A DNA stretch of 64,000 nucleotides from Eledone cirrhosa (lineage: Eukaryota), in assembly GCA_964016885.1 (NCBI GenBank), contig OZ024742.1:293384001-293448000 (forward strand), read 5' to 3'. The notes below the pieces were generated by a model. That model saw nothing but the letters and a program-made list of their open reading frames with translations, was not told where the DNA came from and searched no databases. The translations under genes were made by a program, and so were the position numbers. The first letter of the stretch is position 1, and the number at the start of each line of letters is the position of its first letter. This document shows positions 1-14,531 of the stretch, one piece after another.

Positions 1-3000
1 AATGTTCTCTCTACATTATACATTATATACCCATACCAACACAATGTTCTCTCTACAGTATACAGTATATACCCATACCAACACAATGTTCTCTCTACAG
101 TACACATTATATACCCATACCAACACAATTTTCTCTCTACAGTATACATTATATACCCATACCAACACAATGTTCTCTCTACAGTATACATTATATACCC
201 ATAGCAACACAATTTTCTCTCTACAGTATACATTATATACCCATACCAACACAATGTTCTCTCTACAGTATACATTATATACCCATACCAACACAATGTT
301 CTCTCTACATTATACATTATATACCCATACCAACACAATGTTCTCTCTACAGTATACATTATATACCCATACCAACACAATGTTCTCTCTACAGTATACA
401 GTATATACCAACACAATGTTCTCTCTACAGTATACATTATATACCAATACCAACACAATGTTCTCTCTACAGTATACATTATATACCCATACCAACACAA
501 TTTTCTCTCTACAGTATACAGTATATACCCATACCAACACAATGTTCTCTACAGTATACATTATATACCCATACCAACACAATGTTCTCTCTACAGTATA
601 CATTATATACCCATACCAACACAATTTTCTCTCTACAGTATACAGTATATACCCATACCAACACAATGTTCTGTCTACAGTATACATTATATACCCATAC
701 CAACACAATGTTCTCTCTACAGTATACATTATATACCCATACCAACACAATGTTCGCTCTACAGTATACATTATATACCCATACCAACACAATGTTCTCT
801 CTACAGTATACATTATATACCCATACCAACACAATGTACTCTCTACAGTACACATTATATACCCATACCAACACAATGTTCTCTCTACAGTATACATTAT
901 ATACCCATACCAACACAATGTTCTCTCTACAGTATACAGTATATACCCATACCAACACAATGTTCTCTCTACAGTATACATTATATACCCATACCAACAC
1001 AATGTTCTCTCTACAGTATACATTATATACCCATACCAACACAATGTTCTCTACAGTATACATTATATACCCATACCAACACAATGTTTTCTCTACAGTA
1101 TACATTATATACCCATACCAACACAATGTTCTCTACAGTATACAGTATATACCCATACCAACACAATGTTCTCTCTACAGTATACATTATATACCCATAC
1201 CAACACAACTTTCTCTCTACAGTATACAGTATATACCCATACCAACACAATGTTCTCTCTACAGTATACATTATATACCCATACCAACACAATTTTCTCT
1301 CTACAGTATACAGTATATACCCATACCAACACAATGTTCTCTACAGTATACATTATATACCCATAGCAACACAATTTTCTCTCTACAGTATACAGTATAT
1401 ACCCATACCAACACAATTTTCTCTCTACAGTATACAGTATATACCCATACCAACACAATGTTCTCTCTACAGTATACATTATATACCCATACCAACACAA
1501 TTTTCTCTCTACATTATACAGTATATACCCATACCAACACAATGTTCTCTCTACAGTATACAGTATATACCAATACCAACACAATGTTCTCTCTACAGTA
1601 TACAGTATATACCCATACCAACACAATGTTCTCTCTACAGTATACATTATATACCCATACCAACACAATGTTCTCTCTACAGTATACAGTATATACCCAT
1701 ACCAACACAATGTTCTCTCTACAGTATACATTATATACCCATACCAACACAATGTTCTCTCTACAGTATACAGTATATACCAATACCAACACAATGTTCT
1801 CTCTACAGTATACAGTATATACCCATACCAACACAATGTTCTCTCTACAGTATACATTATATACCAATACCAACACAATGTTCTCTCTACAGTATACACC
1901 CATACCAACACAATGTTCTCTCTACAGTATACATTATATACCCATACCAACACAATGTTCTCTCTACAGTATACAGTATATACCCATACCAACACAATGT
2001 TCTCTCTACAGTATACATTATATACCCATACCAACACAATTTTCTCTCTACAGTATACAGTATATACCCATACTAACACAATGTTCTCTCTACAGTATAC
2101 ATTATATACCCATACCAACACAATTTTCTCTCTACAGTATACAGTATATACCCATACCAACACAATGTTCTCTACAGTATACATTATATACCCATACCAA
2201 CACAATTTTCTCTCTACAGTATACAGTATATACCCATACCAACACAATTTTCTCTCTACAGTATACATTATATACCCATACCAACACAATTTTCTCTCTA
2301 CAGTATACATTATATACCCATACCAACACAATTTTCTCTCTACAGTATACAGTATATACCCATACCAACACAATGTTCTCTACAGTATACATTATATATC
2401 CATACCAACACAATGTTCTCTACAGTATACATTATATACCCATACCAACACAATGTTCTCTCTACAGTATGCAGTATATACCCATACCAACACAATTTTC
2501 TCTCTACAGTATACATTATATACCCATACCAACACAATTTTCTCTCTACAGTATACAGTATATACCCATACCAACACAATTTTCTCACTACAGTATACAG
2601 TATATACCCATACCAACACAATTTTCTCTCTACAGTATACAGTATATACCCATACCAACACAATGTTCTCTACAGTATACATTATATACCCATACCAACA
2701 CAATTTTCTCTCTACAGTATACAGTATATACCCATACCAACACAATGTTCTCTCTACAGTATACATTATATACCCATACCAACACAATTTTCTCTCTACA
2801 TTATACAGTATATACCCATACCAACACAATGTTCTCTCTACAGTATACAGTATATACCAATACCAACACAATGTTCTCTCTACAGTATACAGTATATACC
2901 CATACCAACACAATGTTCTCTCTACAGTATACATTATATACCCATACCAACACAATGTTCTCTCTACAGTATACAGTATATACCCATACCAACACAATGT

Positions 3001-6000
3001 TCTCTCTACAGTATACATTATATACCCATACCAACACAATGTTCTCTCTACAGTATACAGTATATACCAATACCAACACAATGTTCTCTCTACAGTATAC
3101 AGTATATACCCATACCAACACAATGTTCTCTCTACAGTATACATTATATACCAATACCAACACAATGTTCTCTCTACAGTATACAGTATATACCCATACC
3201 AACACAATGTTCTCTCTACAGTATACATTATATACCCATACCAACACAATGTTCTCTCTACAGTATACAGTATATACCCATACCAACACAATGTTCTCTC
3301 TACAGTATACATTATATACCCATACCAACACAATTTTCTCTCTACAGTATACAGTATATACCCATACCAACACAATGTTCTCTCTACAGTATACATTATA
3401 TACCCATACCAACACAATTTTCTCTCTACAGTATACAGTATATACCCATACCAACACAATGTTCTCTACAGTATACATTATATACCCATACCAACACAAT
3501 TTTCTCTCTACAGTATACAGTATATACCCATACCAACACAATTTTCTCTCTACAGTATACATTATATACCCATACCAACACAATTTTCTCTCTACAGTAT
3601 ACATTATATACCCATACCAACACAATTTTCTCTCTACAGTATACAGTATATACCCATACCAACACAATGTTCTCTACAGTATACATTATATATCCATACC
3701 AACACAATGTTCTCTACAGTATACATTATATACCCATACCAACACAATGTTCTCTCTACAGTATGCAGTATATACCCATACCAACACAATTTTCTCTCTA
3801 CAGTATACATTATATACCCATACCAACACAATTTTCTCTCTACAGTATACAGTATATACCCATACCAACACAATTTTCTCACTACAGTATACAGTATATA
3901 CCCATACCAACACAATTTTCTCTCTACAGTATACAGTATATACCCATACCAACACAATGTTCTCTACAGTATACATTATATACCCATACCAACACAATGT
4001 TCTCTCTACAGTATACATTATATACCCATACCAACACAATTTTCTCTCTACAGTATACAGTATATACCCATACCAACACAATGTTCTGTCTACAGTATAC
4101 ATTATATACCCATACCAACACAATGTTCTCTCTACAGTATACATTATATACCCATACCAACACAATGTTCGCTCTACAGTATACATTATATACCCATACC
4201 AACACAATGTTCTCTCTACAGTATACATTATATACCCATACCAACACAATGTACTCTCTACAGTACACATTATATACCCATACCAACACAATGTTCTCTC
4301 TACAGTATACATTATATACCCATACCAACACAATGTTCTCTCTACAGTATACAGTATATACCCATACCAACACAATGTTCTCTCTACAGTATACATTATA
4401 TACCCATACCAACACAATGTTCTCTCTACAGTACACATTATATACCCATACCAACACAATGTTCTCTCTACAGTATACATTATATACCCATACCAACACA
4501 ATGTTCTCTCTACATTATACATTATATACCCATACCAACACAATGTTCTCCCTACAGTATACATTATATACCCATACCAACACAATGTTCTCTCTACAGT
4601 ATACAGTATATACCCATACCAACACAATGTTCTCTCTACAGTATACAGTATATACCCATACCAACACAATGTTCTCTCTACAGTATACAGTATATACCCA
4701 TACCAACACAATGTTCTCTCTACAGTATACAGTATATACCAACACAATGTTCTCTCTACAGTATACATTATATACCCATACCAACACAATGTTCTCTCTA
4801 CAGTATACAGTATATACCCATACCAACACAATGTTCTCTCTACAGTATACATTATATACCCATACCAACACAATGTTCTCTCTACAGTATACAGTATATA
4901 CCCATACCAACACAATGTTCTCTCTACAGTACACATTATATACCCATACCAACACAATGTTCTCTCTACAGTATACATTATATACCCATACCAACACAAT
5001 GTTCTCTCTACATTATACATTATATACCCATACCAACACAATGTTCTCTCTACAGTATACATTATATACCCATACCAACACAATGTTCTCTCTACAGTAT
5101 ACAGTATATACCCATACCAACACAATGTTCTCTCTACAGTATACAGTATATACCCATACCAACACAATGTTCTCTCTACAGTATACAGTATATACCCATA
5201 CCAACACAATGTTCTCTCTACAGTACACATTATATACCCATACCAACACAATTTTCTCTCTACAGTATACAGTATATACCCATACCAACACAATGTTCTC
5301 TCTACAGTATACAGTATATACCCATACCAACACAATGTTCTCTCTACAGTATACAGTATATACCCATACCAACACAATGTTCTCTCTACAGTACACATTA
5401 TATACCCATACCAACACAATTTTCTCTCTACAGTATACATTATATACCCATACCAACACAATGTTTTCTCTACAGTATACATTATATACCCATACCAACA
5501 CAATTTTCTCTCTACAGTATACAGTATATACCCATACCAACACAATGTTCTCTCTACAGTATACATTATATACCCATACCAACACAATGTTCTCTCTACA
5601 TTATACATTATATACCCATACCAACACAATGTTCTCTCTACAGTATACAGTATATACCCATACCAACACAATGTTCTCTCTACAGTACACATTATATACC
5701 CATACCAACACAATTTTCTCTCTACAGTATACATTATATACCCATACCAACACAATGTTCTCTCTACAGTATACATTATATACCCATAGCAACACAATTT
5801 TCTCTCTACAGTATACATTATATACCCATACCAACACAATGTTCTCTCTACAGTATACATTATATACCCATACCAACACAATGTTCTCTCTACATTATAC
5901 ATTATATACCCATACCAACACAATGTTCTCTCTACAGTATACATTATATACCCATACCAACACAATGTTCTCTCTACAGTATACAGTATATACCAACACA

Positions 6001-8566
6001 ATGTTCTCTCTACAGTATACATTATATACCAATACCAACACAATGTTCTCTCTACAGTATACATTATATACCCATACCAACACAATTTTCTCTCTACAGT
6101 ATACAGTATATACCCATACCAACACAATGTTCTGTCTACAGTATACATTATATACCCATACCAACACAATGTTCTCTCTACAGTATACATTATATACCCA
6201 TACCAACACAATGTTCGCTCTACAGTATACATTATATACCCATACCAACACAATGTTCTCTCTACAGTATACATTATATACCCATACCAACACAATGTAC
6301 TCTCTACAGTACACATTATATACCCATACCAACACAATGTTCTCTCTACAGTATACATTATATACCCATACCAACACAATGTTCTCTCTACAGTATACAG
6401 TATATACCCATACCAACACAATGTTCTCTCTACAGTATACATTATATACCCATACCAACACAATGTTCTCTCTACAGTACACATTATATACCCATACCAA
6501 CACAATGTTCTCTCTACAGTATACATTATATACCCATACCAACACAATGTTCTCTCTACATTATACATTATATACCCATACCAACACAATGTTCTCCCTA
6601 CAGTATACATTATATACCCATACCAACACAATGTTCTCTCTACAGTATACAGTATATACCCATACCAACACAATGTTCTCTCTACAGTATACAGTATATA
6701 CCCATACCAACACAATGTTCTCTCTACAGTATACAGTATATACCCATACCAACACAATGTTCTCTCTACAGTATACATTATATACCCATACCAACACAAT
6801 GTTCTCTCTACAGTATACAGTATATACCAACACAATGTTCTCTCTACAGTATACATTATATACCCATACCAACACAATGTTCTCTCTACAGTATACAGTA
6901 TATACCCATACCAACACAATGTTCTCTCTACAGTATACATTATATACCCATACCAACACAATGTTCTCTCTACAGTATACAGTATATACCCATACCAACA
7001 CAATGTTCTCTCTACAGTACACATTATATACCCATACCAACACAATGTTCTCTCTACAGTATACATTATATACCCATACCAACACAATGTTCTCTCTACA
7101 TTATACATTATATACCCATACCAACACAATGTTCTCTCTACAGTATACATTATATACCCATACCAACACAATGTTCTCTCTACAGTATACAGTATATACC
7201 CATACCAACACAATGTTCTCTCTACAGTATACAGTATATACCCATACCAACACAATGTTCTCTCTACAGTATACAGTATATACCCATACCAACACAATGT
7301 TCTCTCTACAGTACACATTATATACCCATACCAACACAATTTTCTCTCTACAGTATACAGTATATACCCATACCAACACAATGTTCTCTCTACAGTATAC
7401 AGTATATACCCATACCAACACAATGTTCTCTCTACAGTATACAGTATATACCCATACCAACACAATGTTCTCTCTACAGTACACATTATATACACATACC
7501 AACACAATTTTCTCTCTACAGTATACATTATATACCCATACCAACACAATGTTTTCTCTACAGTATACATTATATACCCATACCAACACAATTTTCTCTC
7601 TACAGTATACAGTATATACCCATACCAACACAATGTTCTCTCTACAGTATACATTATATACCCATACCAACACAATGTTCTCTCTACATTATACATTATA
7701 TACCCATACCAACACAATGTTCTCTCTACAGTATACAGTATATACCCATACCAACACAATGTTCTCTCTACAGTACACATTATATACCCATACCAACACA
7801 ATTTTCTCTCTACAGTATACATTATATACCCATACCAACACAATGTTCTCTCTACAGTATACATTATATACCCATAGCAACACAATTTTCTCTCTACAGT
7901 ATACATTATATACCCATACCAACACAATGTTCTCTCTACAGTATACATTATATACCCATACCAACACAATGTTCTCTCTACATTATATATTATATACCCA
8001 TACCAACACAATGTTCTCTCTACAGTATACATTATATACCCATACCAACACAATGTTCTCTCTACAGTATACAGTATATACCAACACAATGTTCTCTCTA
8101 CAGTATACATTATATACCAATACCAACACAATGTTCTCTCTACAGTATACATTATATACCCATACCAACACAATGTTCTCTCTACAGTATACAGTATATA
8201 CCAACACAATGTTCTCTCTACAGTATACATTATATACCCATACCAACACAATGTTCTCTCTACAGTATACATTATATACCCATACCAACACAATGTTCTC
8301 TCTACAGTATACAGTATATACCCATACCAACACAATTTTCTCTCTACAGTATACATTATATACCCATACCAACACAATGTTCTCTCTACAGTATACAGTA
8401 TATACCCATACCAACACAATTTTCTCTCTACAGTATACATTATATACCCATACCAACACAATGTTCTCTCTACAGTATACATTATATACCCATATCAACA
8501 CAATGTTCTCTCTACAGTATACATTATATACCCATACCAACACAATGTTCTCTCTACAGTACACAT
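1..8566. repeat. 42-bp tandem satellite/minisatellite array (~200 units; runs off the 5' edge)
   Basis: Consensus AATGTTCTCTCTACAGTATACATTATATACCCATACCAACAC repeats continuously with recurrent point variants and 40-bp/36-bp deletion units. It ends abruptly at ~8566. Confidence 0.98.
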
Positions 8567-8843
8567 GAATCTTCTTACAACTAGTTTGTTCTCTCAGTTC
8601 ATCTGTTTTGTTGCTCAAGCATATAAACATTGATTTATTTTATACATGGATAAAGTATAGTCCTAAGTCCTTCCTGATTGTATAGATATATGATCAAACA
8701 TGTATCAACCATGACCCTCTTCATTGTTTTTAAGGACAACATGCTATCCCTCTTTATTTAAGATAGACAGCAATGATTGATGCTTTTATTTGTGGATCTG
8801 TAAGTAATATAAAGACTTATATATATATTTTTTTTAATTTCAG

Positions 8844-8907
8844 ATCTTAGGTACCCCAACTGAAGAAACCTGGGAATCAGTAACAGGTCTACCTAATTAT
8901 GATATAA
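8844..8907 (+). CDS. CDK14: CDK14-like (PFTAIRE) kinase, internal exon ILGTPTEETWESVTGLPNYDI
   Basis: Acceptor tttaatttcag and donor gtatgt. LGTPTEETW is the typical CDK subdomain X motif. Phase 0 to 1 fits the next exon. Confidence 0.9.
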
Positions 8908-10108
8908 GTATGTTGATAATTTATTACTAACATTTCAGATATTGCTAATGTTTGATTTTGTTGATTACTGCTTTTTAAAAAATAATCCCTGTAATTAAAA
9001 AGGCTAACACGGGAAAAGGGGCATCTGGCCATAAAACATTGCTTCAAAAAAGGCCCTACAATGAGTATAAAGCCTGTCTTGGGGTCCTGCATAGCTAACC
9101 CCTGCTTTAGCAGGTAAAATGGCCTTACAATACTTGTGTTATTGTAACAACTATTTAATATTTTAATATCACCACTCCTCTTCTATTTTCTCTTATTTGA
9201 TGCTCAGATTGAAATTCCTTATTTGCTTTTAGGGAGTGAATTGGTAGAAACATTAGTGATGTGGTATTCATTCTGACTCCTTGCATTCTCAGTTAAAATC
9301 CATCTAGGATCAATTTTGTTTTCCATCTTTCTGAGATCTAGTATAACCTGGCGGAATCATTTGTGTCAGACAAGATACCTTATAGTATTTTGTATTCTAA
9401 GTTTAAATGTTTTTGTGGCCTACTTGAGTGTTAGACTTCATCCATTGTCTGGTTTAACACTACCACTAGGCCCTTTATAACCTTTAGTAGAGCCCACTCT
9501 GCTGCAACCATTCAGATCAGGTCTCTTGTTTGAGGATATATTCCTCTGTTCCATCAGTTGCCAAAGGCTCTAACAAAGGTTATGACTGCACTTTTTCTGA
9601 AGAAGTGATTAAAAAAATGTATATACATATTTGAAACTACTGTTGTGTGCATCTGGGTTATAATAGGTACACTATTTCCATATATGTTGTAAGAGGTGAC
9701 TAAAAGGGCTGATACTAGGAAAGACATTTGGTTCTAAAATCACTGCCTCGAGGAGGACCCTATGATGAGTATGGCACCTGTCTAACCCCTGCTTTAGCAG
9801 AGAAAATTACCTTAAAATACTTATTCTGTTTTGAATATATTCGATATTATTATCATCATCATTTTATGTCCACTTTCCATTCTGACATGGGCTGGACAGG
9901 TTATCATGGTCTGAAACTAGATGGGTCAGAATAATCGCATCCTGCTCATACTTTCCGTATTTGCCATGATTTCTACAGCTGGATGCCCTTCCTAACATCA
10001 ACATTCTTTTATCAATTAGATATTTAAATGAAAACATATTGTGATTAGTAAAGCTTTCTTGTTAATGTTTTGACATCTATTTTTTTAATCTTTTCTTCTC
10101 TTTACTAG

Positions 10109-10206
10109 ATAAATTTAATATTTATAGTCCCCAGCCACTTATTCCCTGTATATCTAAACTTGGCTGTATACCAAATGCACCAGAATTGTCAACGCGCCTT
10201 CTACAA
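10109..10206 (+). CDS. CDK14: CDK14-like kinase exon (N)KFNIYSPQPLIPCISKLGCIPNAPELSTRLLQ
   Basis: Polypyrimidine tract plus tag acceptor, gtatga donor. 98 nt, phase 1 to 0, stop-free join with both neighbours. Confidence 0.87.
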
Positions 10207-10875
10207 GTATGATAATTTTTTTACATTAAATTTCAACAATGTTTAACTACTCCAGTATTATATTTCTAATGAAAGTCATTGCCTATGATTTTTAAATAAT
10301 TTTGAAAATAATCAAGAATTTGAAGGGATTGAGTAATATAGCTAACTTTCTCATTATTAAGCTAGTGTATGGAACATAACTTAAAGTATCTTACACAAAA
10401 TTATGTACAATCCTTGAAAACAAATATTTCTGTATCATAGAATCAAGGCTATCTTGAGTCGGTTTGGTATGAAAAGAGTAAGATCTAATTGTATTACCAA
10501 TGCACTCATGTATACCTGTGTGATTACAAACTTTGATTTGTTATCACCTTGTTCTGAATATGATTTTGATGAGGGATGTCTTGGGCAAATATCTTCTCTT
10601 TTAGTCTAAGTGGGATTTGATAAACAGGTTGTCACAGTCCAAGGTCAGGCATGTCAGAGTGACCTCGTCTTGTTATGTTTCATATCTGGCATGGTTTCTA
10701 CTACTGGATGCCCTTCCCAACACCAACCACATTACACAGTGTACTGGGTGCATTTTTTCATGGCATCAGCACGTCGTAGAGTGGATTGCATATTTTATTG
10801 TGATACCAGCACTACCATTTTATAGAGTGGACTAGGTGTGCTCTAATGTGGCACCCGTACTACAATTTTATAGAG

Positions 10876-11107
10876 CAGTGGTTCCAAACCTTTTATGCAC
10901 CATGCCCCACTTCAACATCTCAATAATGATGCTCTCCTTTAACATGTGGAGGAGGTGAGACGGGAGTTTCCCACAGTAATCTGTAGTATGGTTGCCTTTG
11001 TAAAATTTAAAAGGTAAAACTTGAAGTTCTCATTAACATCATTTTCACCCCCCCAAATATTCAAATTGCTCCCCTGTACAGTGTGCACCTCACGTTGGGA
11101 ATCATTG
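10876..11107. mobile_element. hAT/Charlie-like MITE relic
   Basis: Termini CAGTGGTTCCAAAC ... GTTGGGAATCATTG are degenerate inverted repeats of the hAT type. The 8-bp flanks match only partly. Confidence 0.5.
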
Positions 11108-11268
11108 TTATGGCATGAACTGGATATTTTATCATGGCATCAGCACTACCTTTTTATATAGTAAATTGGGTGTAATTTTATAAAGTTAATTGAGTGTGTT
11201 TTTAATGTGACACCAACACATATTCCCATAAAAATATGTTCAAATATTTCTATCTATTTCTTTTGCAG

Positions 11269-11359
11269 ATGGAACCTTCCAAACGAATAAATGCCTCTGA
11301 TGCAATGAAACATGAATACTTTTGGGATCTCCCACCAAAGATACATCAATTAGCAGATG
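11269..11359 (+). CDS. CDK14: CDK14-like kinase exon MEPSKRINASDAMKHEYFWDLPPKIHQLAD (subdomain XI)
   Basis: ttttgcag acceptor, gtaaaa donor. Contains the P-x-x-R-I-x-A-x-x-A-x-x-H-x-Y-F kinase-end motif. Phase 0 to 1. Confidence 0.92.
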
Positions 11360-11589
11360 GTAAAATATCTACTTTCATTTCTAGGCATGCTGCACAGTAG
11401 CTTTGAAATGTTGCCACACATTGGTTGAACAACAATTTGAGGAAACATTGCATTGTTGTTGTTGCTGTTATTGCTACCTTTCGGCTTTCTGGGGTCGATG
11501 AAATAAAGTACTAGTCAAATACTAGGCTTCATTTAATTGACTTTTTTCACTGTCCCTAAAAATTGCTGATCTAAATTAGAAACCCTTGT

Positions 11590-12240
11590 TGGTGGTGGAT
11601 GGATTGGTAGAGCATCGGACTTCATGCTTTGCACTATTTAGTTACAACTTTCTACATCTTCAGTTAAAAAAAAAGGTTAGCACTGCCTTTTATCCTTACA
11701 GGGTCGATAAAACAAAGTACCAGTAATGCACTGGGTCTGATTTAATTGACATTTCCCTCCCCCAAAAATATTGTTGGCCTTATGCCTAAATCAGAAAGGG
11801 TGGTGGATTGGCAGAATTGTTAGTGTTAAACAAAATGCTTTATGGCATTTGTTCTAGCTGTATCCATTCTGATTTTAAATCCTACCATGGTCAACTTTGC
11901 TTTTCAACCTTCCAGGGTTGATAAAATATAATACCTGTGAAGTATTTAATCTACTAATCCACTCCCTCAAAATTGCTGGTCTTTGTGCATAAAATAAAAC
12001 TATTATTATTATTATCAAAATAAAGGCAGTGGATTGGCAGAATCGGTAGAGCATTGGACACCATGCTTCGTGGCATAGTTACAGCCCTTTACGGTCTGAG
12101 TTCAAATCTTGCTGGGGTTAGCTTTGCCTTTCATCCTTACAGTGTCAATAAAATAAAGTACCAGTAATGCACTGGGGTCGATTTAATTGATTTTCCTTCA
12201 CCTTCAAATTGCTGGCCTTGTGCCTATAGTAGAAACTATT
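11590..12240 (+). mobile_element. Head-to-tail cluster of three tRNA-derived SINE copies (family A)
   Basis: Each copy has GGTGGATTGGCAGA (A box), a GTTCAAATC-like B box and the core CTTTCATCCTTACGGGGTCGATAAAATAAAGTACCAGT. Confidence 0.8.
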
Positions 12241-12248
12241 ATTATTAT

Positions 12249-12501
12249 GGAGGCACATGGCTTAGTGGTTAGAGCATTGGCCTTGCAACCGAAAGGTTAT
12301 GAGTTCAATTCTCAGACCGGGTGATGTGTTGTTTCCTTGAGCAAGACACTTTATTTCACATTGCTCCAGTTTACTCAGCTGTAGAAATGTAAATGAGGTT
12401 GGTGTTAGGAAGGGCATCCAGCTGTAGAAATCAAGCCAGAATCAGTTCCTGTCCCACCCTTGCAAGCAGGGAAAAGTGAACGTAAAATGATGATGATGAT
12501 G
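12249..12501 (+). mobile_element. Full-length tRNA-derived SINE (family B) with RTE-LINE-derived 3' tail
   Basis: A box TGGCTTAGTGG, B box GAGTTCAATTC, central CCTTGAGCAAGACACTT. The tail TTGGTGTTAGGAAGGGCATCCAGC...(GAT)n matches the 3'UTR of the RTE at 19700-21203. Confidence 0.82.
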
Positions 12502-12557
12502 GAAATCCAAATAGTATTTCACACTTGTTGTAAAATTTGTTTTATTTATTTCCGTAG

Positions 12558-12676
12558 TGGCTTCCATATTTGACATTCCTGGTTTAAAACTTCTCCCTGA
12601 AATGAATGACCAAGTCAATGCTGCCCCAAAGAAAGCCACTTGTCGCAGTGGTATAAGAACCACATTAAAAGCATGA
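12558..12676 (+). CDS. CDK14: CDK14-like kinase last coding exon (V)ASIFDIPGLKLLPEMNDQVNAAPKKATCRSGIRTTLKA*
   Basis: tttccgtag acceptor, phase 1, TGA at 12674-12676. The DLPP...SIF...L.PE tail is characteristic of the PFTAIRE/PCTAIRE group and, from recall, closest to CDK14. The exon continues to a gtaagt donor at 12705. Confidence 0.85.
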
Positions 12677-12778
12677 GATGTGATCGGTTCAGAGAGTCTA
12701 AGAAGTAAGTTTTATCAACTGACTTTCATTCATTTTTCACACACACACACATTCACCCTCCATTATATCATTATCATT

Positions 12779-12960
12779 GTGGATTGGCAGTATCGGTAGA
12801 GGGTCGGACGCCATGCTTTCCAGCATAGTTACGTCCCTTTACGATCTGAGTTCAAATCCCGCCGAGGTTGACTTTGCCTTTCATCCTTACGGGGTCGATA
12901 AAATAAAGTACCAGTAGTGTACTGGGTAATTGCTGGCCTTGTGCCTAAAGTAGAAACAAT
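12779..12960 (+). mobile_element. Young family A SINE copy
   Basis: Nearly identical to copies at 18876, 45666 (minus strand) and 63945; A and B boxes intact. Confidence 0.85.
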
Positions 12961-14174
12961 TATATCATTATCATTGTCTTCTTTTTCATGCTTATCCCTC
13001 TCTCTCCTGAACTTTTACCCTTGTTATACATGTATCTGTGCACAACTTCCATCTACTTGTTGTTTTCCTTCATCAAATCCTTTGTTAGGTTCACCATCTT
13101 GAGATCACCTCTCATCACTTCTGTCCAGGTTTTCTTCTTTTACAGCTTCCTTTCACTTATAACTCTTAGCACAATCTTCTCTCTTCTTCATTACTTATAA
13201 TTCCTCTTATGCCCAATTTTCCCTTCAGTTGATAAATATATATATATATATATATAGATAGATAGATAGATAGATAGTAGTTCCTTATGAACTACCCAGA
13301 ACTGAGTGTAGAGTATCAGGTTGGCTAGTTGGCATGGGCTCTACAATTTTTAAAGAGAGAGCCTCGTTCCTTCAAGTTTTGGTTCTTTTATTCTAAACTA
13401 TTACATGTAGGTACATGCCTATACGCCCCCTCCCCGCATATGTGTGTGTGTGTGTGTATGTGTATATATATATATATGGGCATGGATATTGGTTGTTGAG
13501 TGAAGAAATGCCAGGAGATTCTAATGGAGGGAAGCAGCAGTAGAGGAAGACTAAGAAAAACCTTTAAAAAAGCTGGGATTCTCAGAGGAGATGACAAAGG
13601 GATGCTATATGTGGAGGGAGGCCATGCTGAAAAGGTCCTATCCAAGCATGATAAAACAAATGTTAAGTAATGATGATGTTACTGAATATTTTTTTATTTT
13701 TTTTATTTTAAATTTTTTTATTTTAAACATTTCAGATATGGAAGTTCCTACTCAAGATGGTATCTCATTTGGATTGTTCAAACATTAGGACCAATAGCAA
13801 GTTGTTTGTATTGTAGTGATGGTCACTAATGGTCCCTCTGAACAGATATTTCATTTCTTTGTATGATGGCCTCCTTTATCCCACATCTATCATCTGTAAT
13901 GATCAATCTAAATCTCAAGCTATAGTCAAAGCTAAAAAACCAAGATCATCTCATCTGCTGTTGCATATTTCTGTCTGTGATATATGCACAACCATCAACA
14001 CCACCACCGCCACCAATAACAACAATAATGTACATTGGTGACAAGATTTCAGTGGAAAAATGATCAATATAAAGAAGGAACCACTGTTATCTACTCTAAC
14101 TACTGTGTCATTTGAAAGACTACAAGCTTTCATACACCAAGAAAATACCATCTTGATGTGTGTGTTTGTATATA

Positions 14175-14208
<34 letters not shown>

Positions 14209-14531
14209 GTAAGAAACTTGATTTATATTTGAAACTAGTCCATTGCTTAGAGCCTAAATTTTGTGCCTGCAAATTTACCACACATCCCAAAATTACAGCT
14301 ACAATAGTGAACTTTCTAAGACACAGACAAGACTTTATTTCCAATTGCAATATATTTAAAACTAGTTCCACATATGGAAAGGCCTGCCAAGGCCTTATTC
14401 CTGCATTTCATAAACTTATAAATGAAGTCCAGAAAAAAATGGTGAAAAATGGAAATTTTATTTTCGATACCGAACTCTTAAGTAACTAAAAAAAATTAAA
14501 AAAAGGAAAAAATAACTAATCATGTGAAGCA

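Noticed and set aside
1-8566. CRISPR array
   Set aside because: The units are contiguous with no unique spacers, there are no cas genes, and the context is eukaryotic.
2-8630. ORFs of up to 2223 aa in several frames and on both strands
   Set aside because: The 42-bp unit is a multiple of 3 and lacks stops in most frames. Overlapping ORFs and tolerated 2-bp deletion units show no frame selection.
12249-12320. tRNA genes at SINE heads
   Set aside because: A and B boxes are present, but no acceptor stem or cloverleaf is evident and they continue into SINE bodies.
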